From Longimicrobiales bacterium (lineage in GTDB: Bacteria > Gemmatimonadota > Gemmatimonadetes > Longimicrobiales > RSA9): 64,000 bases of DNA. The notes beneath the pieces were generated by a model. It saw only the letters and a program-made list of their open reading frames with translations. It was not told the origin of the DNA and made no database searches. The stretch spans positions 2,895 through 66,894 of the forward strand of contig JBOHRF010000002.1 of assembly GCA_050732575.1 (NCBI GenBank), given 5' to 3'. The translations under genes were made by a program, and so were the position numbers. How positions within the stretch are numbered: the first letter of the stretch is position 1; every line of letters starts with the position of its first letter. This document shows positions 58,796 to 64,000 of the stretch, in pieces.

Positions 58796-59611
58796 TCAGT
58801 GAGTGCCCGTCGATGAATTGAACACGGGCGCGAGACGCTTACCGGGCGAGTACGTCTCCAGTTGCATGTTCATCGACTTGATGACCGGTACGTTGGTCTT
58901 GATTTGCACGGGGATACGACGAGCGTCGTCCGTGAAGAAGACTTCGGCCTTCCCGCCCTCGCTGAACAAGCCGCGCGTACGAATGATCGGCTGTATCACG
59001 ATGACCGCAAATCGACCGGCCGGCACACTGATGGTATCCCGGCGAATCACCTTGACCGTGACCGGATTGCCATCCTCTTTCCAATAACGATCGAGTGTGT
59101 AGGTATCGCCTACGTTGAGCGGTAGCGTGCGCACATAGTACAGGAACGACAAATCGTCGAGCGGCAGCTCCGTGGGCATGACGCCTGACTCATCGTTGTC
59201 GATTCGGTGCCAGCGTCGCTCCGCGGGATAAAAATCGATGGTGCGCTTGCGCTTGTAGCGGACCTCACGCACGTCCTGGAAGAAACGGTGGGAAACCAGG
59301 TCATAGATGTCCAACCAGGACTGATACTCATCCTGCACGTGCGCCAGCGGAATGCCGCCCTTGAGGTATAGACGCAGCTTGTAGCTGGGGTGTCCCTGAA
59401 TGGTGTCGAGCTGGAGCACCTCGATGGACCCGTTTCCCACTTCACCGAACAGGCTGAGCGACACCTTGTAGGTCATGCGCTCACCCGGGCCAAAAGGAAC
59501 GGCCGCAACCGTGCGATCCGCAGTTCCCTTCGAATGAGTCTGCGCACCGGCCGCAACGGGCAAAGCCAACAACAGCGATAAAGCGATTTGCTGCCAACGA
59601 CGAAAGATCAA
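58796..59611 (-). CDS. DUF3108-domain secreted protein
   Basis: Signal peptide LLLALPVAAGAQ. PGERMTYKVSLSLFGEVGNGSIEV... matches the DUF3108 pattern (from memory). Confidence 0.55.
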   Translation of the reverse strand: MIFRRWQQIALSLLLALPVAAGAQTHSKGTADRTVAAVPFGPGERMTYKVSLSLFGEVGNGSIEVLQLDTIQGHPSYKLRLYLKGGIPLAHVQDEYQSWLDIYDLVSHRFFQDVREVRYKRKRTIDFYPAERRWHRIDNDESGVMPTELPLDDLSFLYYVRTLPLNVGDTYTLDRYWKEDGNPVTVKVIRRDTISVPAGRFAVIVIQPIIRTRGLFSEGGKAEVFFTDDARRIPVQIKTNVPVIKSMNMQLETYSPGKRLAPVFNSSTGTH

Positions 59612-59613
59612 CT

Positions 59614-61194
59614 CTAGCTCTCCGGCTGGACATCTTGAGACGGTGCGAAGTCGACCGGGGTAACCTTCGGGTCCGGCGACTGAGCCTCACCGCCACCACT
59701 GTCCTTTGTACTTGTATCCGGGCCCGCACGTGCCCGACCGCGTCCGCGGCGACCGCGCCCGCCCCGCCGCGAGCGGCGTTTGCGGGGAACACCGCCTGGG
59801 ACGGCCAGTGACGATTCCGGCGCCCCCTCACCGTTTTCCGGCTCCAGCGCTTCAGCCTCCGGCGCCTGAACCGGCTCAACTCCTGGTTCCAGGGCAGCTT
59901 GCGGCGTTTCCGGCCGCGGGCCCCGGCGCGCTCCACCGCGCCGTTTGCGGCGCCGTTTCCGTTTGGCCGGCGCACCCTGCTCGTTGAGTACCCTCGCCTC
60001 TGGCTCTTCCGTCACAGGCCCCGGCGCTGCGCCATTACCGGCCGGCCCCGCGGTATTTTGGGGCGCGGCAGCCCGCGCAGAGCGCGGCGCTGATCGATCG
60101 CGCTGGCGCGTGCGGCGCTCGCGCGCCGGCCGTTCGTCCGTTGCCGCTTGATTCGCTTTGCCCGGACGCGGCCCTTTCGCCGTCTTTTTGCCCGGGCCCG
60201 ATCGTTCCGCCCGTCGCTCACCGGACCGCCCCCGGTCCGCAGTTGCGCCCGATGCGCGCCCTTGTGAACGCTGGGAGTCAGGCTGTGCGTCGACATTCTG
60301 GGTGGCCGCCCGGTTCGAGCGCCGCCGATCGCGCAAGTCGATCATCGATGTGGCCGGTAGCGCATGTCCGGTTAGCGGACCCGTTGTGCCGCGCGCGTAG
60401 TGGAATATCGACTGGATCACCGGCCAGAGTGCCTGCCGGCTGGCGCGCTGCTGCCGATCGCTGCGGATCGTGTATTCCACAACGTCGGTCCGGCGCGAGT
60501 GTGCCTGCGCAACACGCAGCAGCTCGGCGTTGGCCACCCAGCCATCCCAGGTCAACAGACGGTGCTCGCCGTTCGCTTCCAGCGCGCGTTTGAGCACGAT
60601 CACGCGATAGGCGCGCAAGCCGCACAATGCATCACTCACACCTTCGGGCCAGCCGCGCCGCCGCAGCAGCAGATTCCCCAAACGCCGGCCCCAACGAGCG
60701 GCGCGTCCTGCCGTTTCCGCCACTTTTGCGTTGGCCACCACGATGTCCGCTCCCGCTTCCACTCGCTTGAGCAACCCTTGCAGCTCAGCGGGGTCATCGG
60801 TGAAGTCGGCCTGCAACGTCACAACCACATCGCGCTTGGGATACTCCGCCCTGCGCACGGCCTCGCGCACCAGCAGCTCGAGGGCGGTGGCATAACCTCG
60901 CCGTTGCTCGATCTGAACGACCGTGAGCGGAAGAATACGTTGGTAGGGTGACAGCACCTCGGCCGTGCCATCGGTCGAGCCGTCATTGGCCACGAGGATT
61001 TGGTAGTCGCGCGGGAAGCTGGCCATCACCTGGCGCACCTTCCACAACAAGACTCCTACTGTGCGCTCCTCGTTGTGCGCGGGAATGCAGATGTAGATCA
61101 CGTGTCTCGAAAAACCTTTATCAATCGCTGAGTACAGTACCTGCTCCCATCGGAGCGGTTCCGTCGAGCCCCTCGGTCGACCAGGTGCCCGCAT
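59614..61194 (-). CDS. Family 2 glycosyltransferase with a roughly 240-aa Arg/Pro/Gly-rich disordered C-terminal tail
   Basis: ICIPAHNEERTV...LVANDGSTDGT...QADFTDDP (GT2/DPM1-like). The tail is rich in RRR/KRKRRRKRR/GRGRRGRGR. Start set to ATG 61194 to avoid overlap with the upstream gene, so it is uncertain. Confidence 0.7.
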   Translation of the reverse strand: MRAPGRPRGSTEPLRWEQVLYSAIDKGFSRHVIYICIPAHNEERTVGVLLWKVRQVMASFPRDYQILVANDGSTDGTAEVLSPYQRILPLTVVQIEQRRGYATALELLVREAVRRAEYPKRDVVVTLQADFTDDPAELQGLLKRVEAGADIVVANAKVAETAGRAARWGRRLGNLLLRRRGWPEGVSDALCGLRAYRVIVLKRALEANGEHRLLTWDGWVANAELLRVAQAHSRRTDVVEYTIRSDRQQRASRQALWPVIQSIFHYARGTTGPLTGHALPATSMIDLRDRRRSNRAATQNVDAQPDSQRSQGRASGATADRGRSGERRAERSGPGKKTAKGPRPGKANQAATDERPARERRTRQRDRSAPRSARAAAPQNTAGPAGNGAAPGPVTEEPEARVLNEQGAPAKRKRRRKRRGGARRGPRPETPQAALEPGVEPVQAPEAEALEPENGEGAPESSLAVPGGVPRKRRSRRGGRGRRGRGRARAGPDTSTKDSGGGEAQSPDPKVTPVDFAPSQDVQPES

Positions 61195-61214
61195 TATGAT
61201 TCTTACGTTTCTCC

Positions 61215-62105
61215 TTACGGCCTTTCTTTCGTCTTCCACCGTCGGTGATGCCAAAAGTATTGTTCGGGCCACCTTCGCACGAGTTCTTCCAGATAAGCCG
61301 TGAAAGCGGCCGTCAATCGCTGGACCGCCTGATCCAGGTCGCCCTCGCGTGCCGTAGTGATCTCCTGCGTTATCCCCTGGTAATGGTCGCCTTCACGAAC
61401 GGCGGCTCCCACGAAGAGAGGGGCACCGGCACGAACGGCCAGCAGCGCGGCACCGCGATGCGTAGACGCGGGCCGGCCCAGGAAGGGAACGAAGATACCC
61501 GTGCGGCCGGCGTTCTGGTCGGACACGAAACACACGATGGCGCCCTGGCGCAGCCGTTCGAGTGCGTGTTTTGACGCTTCCGCCCGGCGGATCAACTCAA
61601 CGCCGAGCCGCCGGCGCGCCTGCACCACGGCGGCGTCGAACAACGGGTTGCGCTGAGGCTGATAGATGGCCTCGACGTGCATGCCCTGAGCGGCCAGACT
61701 GGCGGCACCAAGCTCCCAGTTACCGATATGTCCGCCCACCAGGACCACGCCGCGCCCGGCGCTATACGCATCCACGAATCGCTCGCGGCCTACTTCGTGG
61801 CGCACGCGGCGCGCAATGTCGGCGCGGCTGGCGCGAGACAACAGCAACATGGCCACGCTCTCACGGCCCAGGTGCGCGTAGGCGGCTTCTGCAATACGGT
61901 CCCGCCAGTGGGTGTCCTGTTCGGGAAACGACAGGCGCAGGTGCTCTTCCACTTCCCGGCGGCGCAGCTTGATGCGGTGGTAGGCCAGGCGGCCCAATGA
62001 TGCGCCCATACGCTCGGCGCGCTCCTGTGAGAGACGACCTGCTGCTGCCATCACGCTGGCAAACGCGGCGTACTCGAGCCGGTCGGCGATAGTCGCTTTG
62101 CGCAT
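61215..62105 (-). CDS. Lysophospholipid/lipid A-type acyltransferase (LpxL/HtrB-like)
   Basis: MRKATIADRLEYAAFASVM...VLVGGHIGNWE (HX4D-like region)...FVSDQNAG. The start overlaps the upstream GT4 stop. Confidence 0.65.
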   Translation of the reverse strand: MRKATIADRLEYAAFASVMAAAGRLSQERAERMGASLGRLAYHRIKLRRREVEEHLRLSFPEQDTHWRDRIAEAAYAHLGRESVAMLLLSRASRADIARRVRHEVGRERFVDAYSAGRGVVLVGGHIGNWELGAASLAAQGMHVEAIYQPQRNPLFDAAVVQARRRLGVELIRRAEASKHALERLRQGAIVCFVSDQNAGRTGIFVPFLGRPASTHRGAALLAVRAGAPLFVGAAVREGDHYQGITQEITTAREGDLDQAVQRLTAAFTAYLEELVRRWPEQYFWHHRRWKTKERP

Positions 62106-63232
62106 CAGACGTTCGCTGTGTCGTCGCGCTGATGACCGCCCGATAACACGGTCTCGTACCCGGCCACCATGCGCGCGCTGCTGAACCAATGGTGGGTCCG
62201 CCAGCGCGCTTCTTCAACGCGCCCATTCAATTCGCTTGCGTTCGCTCGTTTGGCGGCCAGCACGCGCTCGAGTGTTTCCGCCAGTGCGGCGGCATCGCCA
62301 AATGGAATCAGCCACCCTGCTGGTGCTCGTCCGGCCACCGCTTCCAGGGCAACTTCGCTGCCCGCGATGGGAGTACTGATCACGGGCACGCCTGCGGCCA
62401 TGGCTTCCAGCAGCGCATTGGCGGTACCCTCGTGCCGGCTGGTCAGCACAAAGACATCGGCCGCGCCCAGCAACTTGGGTACGTCGTGCCGATGTCCGAG
62501 CCAGTGTACGCGCGCGCCCAGGCCCAGCTCCGCGGTGCGCTGTTGCAGTCGTTCGGCCTCTGCGCCCCAACCCGCCACCGCCAGGTGCACGTCATCCTGC
62601 TTCATTTGCGTCAGCGCATCGAGCAGCAGATGATGGGCTTTGTTGGCGCTGAGACCGCCCACAGCGAGCACGAGGGGCGCCGAACCCATGCGCAGCTCGC
62701 GTCTCACCATGCTGTTCGCAATATCCGGTGGTTCTACTGCGTTCCACACCACGTTCAGCGCGTGGCGCGGGAAAAATGGAAACCGTGCGGCCAGGAAATC
62801 GGTGATCGCGCGGGAATTGCCCACCAGCGCATCCGTGTAGTGGCGTAGGGCGCGCCCAACACGCCATTCGCCCGTGCGCGTGCCCGCGGCTTTGGTCCCG
62901 CCCACGCGTAGAATGATGCGCGGTACACCGGCGCGGCGCGCGGCCCAGCCCACACTGAGCGCGCGTTTCCATGACGTGGCCAGGAACGCATCGGGCCGCT
63001 CCGCGCGAATCCACCGTGAGAAGCGCACGGCACTGAACAGGTCCAGGTTGCCGCGCGGCCGCACATGTACTGTGGCGACACCCCGCTCGCGCAGGAACTC
63101 GGCAAACGGAGTGTTGGGCGGGCAGGCGAAAATGACTTCGTGTCCGCGTGCGCCTAGCCCCTGGGCCAGCAGCCCGGCCTGGCGTTCCGCACCATACACG
63201 ATGTTGCCATCGCCGTGGATCAGGACTTTCAC
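62105..63232 (-). CDS. GT4-family glycosyltransferase
   Basis: VKVLIHGDGNIVYGAERQAGLLAQGL...TSRHEGTANALLEAMAAGVPVIST (E-x7-E region). GTG 63232 overlaps the upstream stop (GTGA). Confidence 0.8.
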   Translation of the reverse strand: MKVLIHGDGNIVYGAERQAGLLAQGLGARGHEVIFACPPNTPFAEFLRERGVATVHVRPRGNLDLFSAVRFSRWIRAERPDAFLATSWKRALSVGWAARRAGVPRIILRVGGTKAAGTRTGEWRVGRALRHYTDALVGNSRAITDFLAARFPFFPRHALNVVWNAVEPPDIANSMVRRELRMGSAPLVLAVGGLSANKAHHLLLDALTQMKQDDVHLAVAGWGAEAERLQQRTAELGLGARVHWLGHRHDVPKLLGAADVFVLTSRHEGTANALLEAMAAGVPVISTPIAGSEVALEAVAGRAPAGWLIPFGDAAALAETLERVLAAKRANASELNGRVEEARWRTHHWFSSARMVAGYETVLSGGHQRDDTANV

Positions 63233-64000
63233 TGAACCGGTCGCGCGATCGACCCGCCGCGCAGCAGCGACTCGAATTGGTCCACCATACGCTCGAAAGA
63301 GAATCGCTCGCGCGCGCGCGCCAGGGCCGCGCGGCGCATTTCCTGGCGCGCTGCCGTTTGCTCCAGCAGCTCGCGCACCGCGGCGGTGATCTCCTGCGTC
63401 TCGAAACCCGCGGTGATCCGGCCAGGCGTGCCGTCGGGCCCGGGCTCGAGCGCTTCCTGCGCGCCGCTCACGGGCGTGGATACAACGGGCACACCTGCCC
63501 ACAGCGCCTCGAGCATGGTGTTGGCCATGCCTTCCTTGTCCGATGTGATGACCAGCAAGTCGAGCGCACCCAGCACATCGCCCGTGTCAGCACGATGCCC
63601 GAGCAGGTGCACACGTTCGCGCACGTCGTGTTGCGCAATTGCCGACTCCAGCCGTTGACGCTGCGTGCCCTCACCCGCAATCACACAGTGCACGCCCGGC
63701 AATTGCGCCGTGACAGCGATCAGTCGTTCCAACCGTTTCTGTTGGGACAGCCGGGCCAGCGTACCAATCACCAATGCGTCCGGCGCGATCTTCAGCTCCG
63801 CACGCACGGCACCCGGCGCCTTGCCCACGCGCAGCGGCTCAACACCATCGTGCAGCGTTATCACTTTACTGGCATCGAGCGCCGGGTCGCCGGCCAGGAA
63901 GCGCGCGCGCATCGATTCGGCGTTGAGCGTCACGACATCGATCCAGTGGCGCAGCGCGTAGCGATATTTCCAGCGGCGCGGCGTGTCAGAAGCCAGGCTC
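63229..64000 (-). CDS. GT4-family glycosyltransferase; 5' end lies outside the window
   Basis: ITSDKEGMANTMLEALWAGVPVVSTPVSG. The frame stays open upstream of the listed Met through nt 64000 (SLASDTPRRWKYRYALRHWIDVV...). Confidence 0.8.
   Translation of the reverse strand, partial: SLASDTPRRWKYRYALRHWIDVVTLNAESMRARFLAGDPALDASKVITLHDGVEPLRVGKAPGAVRAELKIAPDALVIGTLARLSQQKRLERLIAVTAQLPGVHCVIAGEGTQRQRLESAIAQHDVRERVHLLGHRADTGDVLGALDLLVITSDKEGMANTMLEALWAGVPVVSTPVSGAQEALEPGPDGTPGRITAGFETQEITAAVRELLEQTAARQEMRRAALARARERFSFERMVDQFESLLRGGSIARPVQ

Overview
A 64 kb, high-GC (about 65% by eye) bacterial chromosomal segment with tightly packed genes. Many adjacent genes overlap at their stop and start codons (ATGA or GTGA). 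The protein families (6-bladed beta-propeller with a GPGEY motif, BTAD-TM-TPR regulator, many lipoproteins) suggest Gemmatimonadota or Acidobacteriota, but that is inference only.

Well-supported content:
- a 5'-truncated giant NdvB/Cgs-like cyclic beta-1,2-glucan synthase (1-7890)
- ligD (PE-ligase-polymerase)
- the glyoxylate shunt genes aceB-aceA
- treZ plus a glycogen debranching enzyme
- a sugar ABC transporter
- an OmpR-type two-component pair
- a minus-strand operon of GH15 glucoamylase, tkt, gnd, zwf, a glucokinase::pgl fusion and a Rieske protein
- tRNA-Val(CAC)
- an M6 metalloprotease
- an envelope glycosyltransferase/acyltransferase cluster that runs off the 3' end of the window

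Observations worth a second look:
1. Five intergenic loci (18.75, 22.75-23.1, 31.35-31.5, 33.45-33.54 and 34.33-34.63 kb) carry arrays of 9-10 nt G3/C3-tract repeats. Four are arranged as two mutually complementary inverted arms around a 44-155 nt spacer.
2. A lower-GC cassette (41.4-44.3 kb) encodes a protein with a HEPN motif (RNSFAH) and two HTH proteins. It sits next to a RES-Xre toxin-antitoxin pair and abuts a broken CHASE3 sensor gene.
3. A stretch of gene fragments (cupredoxin, HAD, rpe, pgl, histidine kinase) lies 3' of tRNA-Val.
4. The ligD phosphoesterase module occurs twice. One copy is frameshifted, and the two copies flank a two-gene nucleotidyltransferase cassette.
5. hicB is followed by an internally deleted hicA.
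6. A single in-frame TGA splits a BTAD regulator from its membrane/TPR half.

No CRISPR array, integrase, transposase or rRNA was seen. Start codons that I trimmed from the ORF track are inferences. In two places my hand count of positions disagreed with the ORF track by 1 nt, so hand-derived coordinates may be off by 1.
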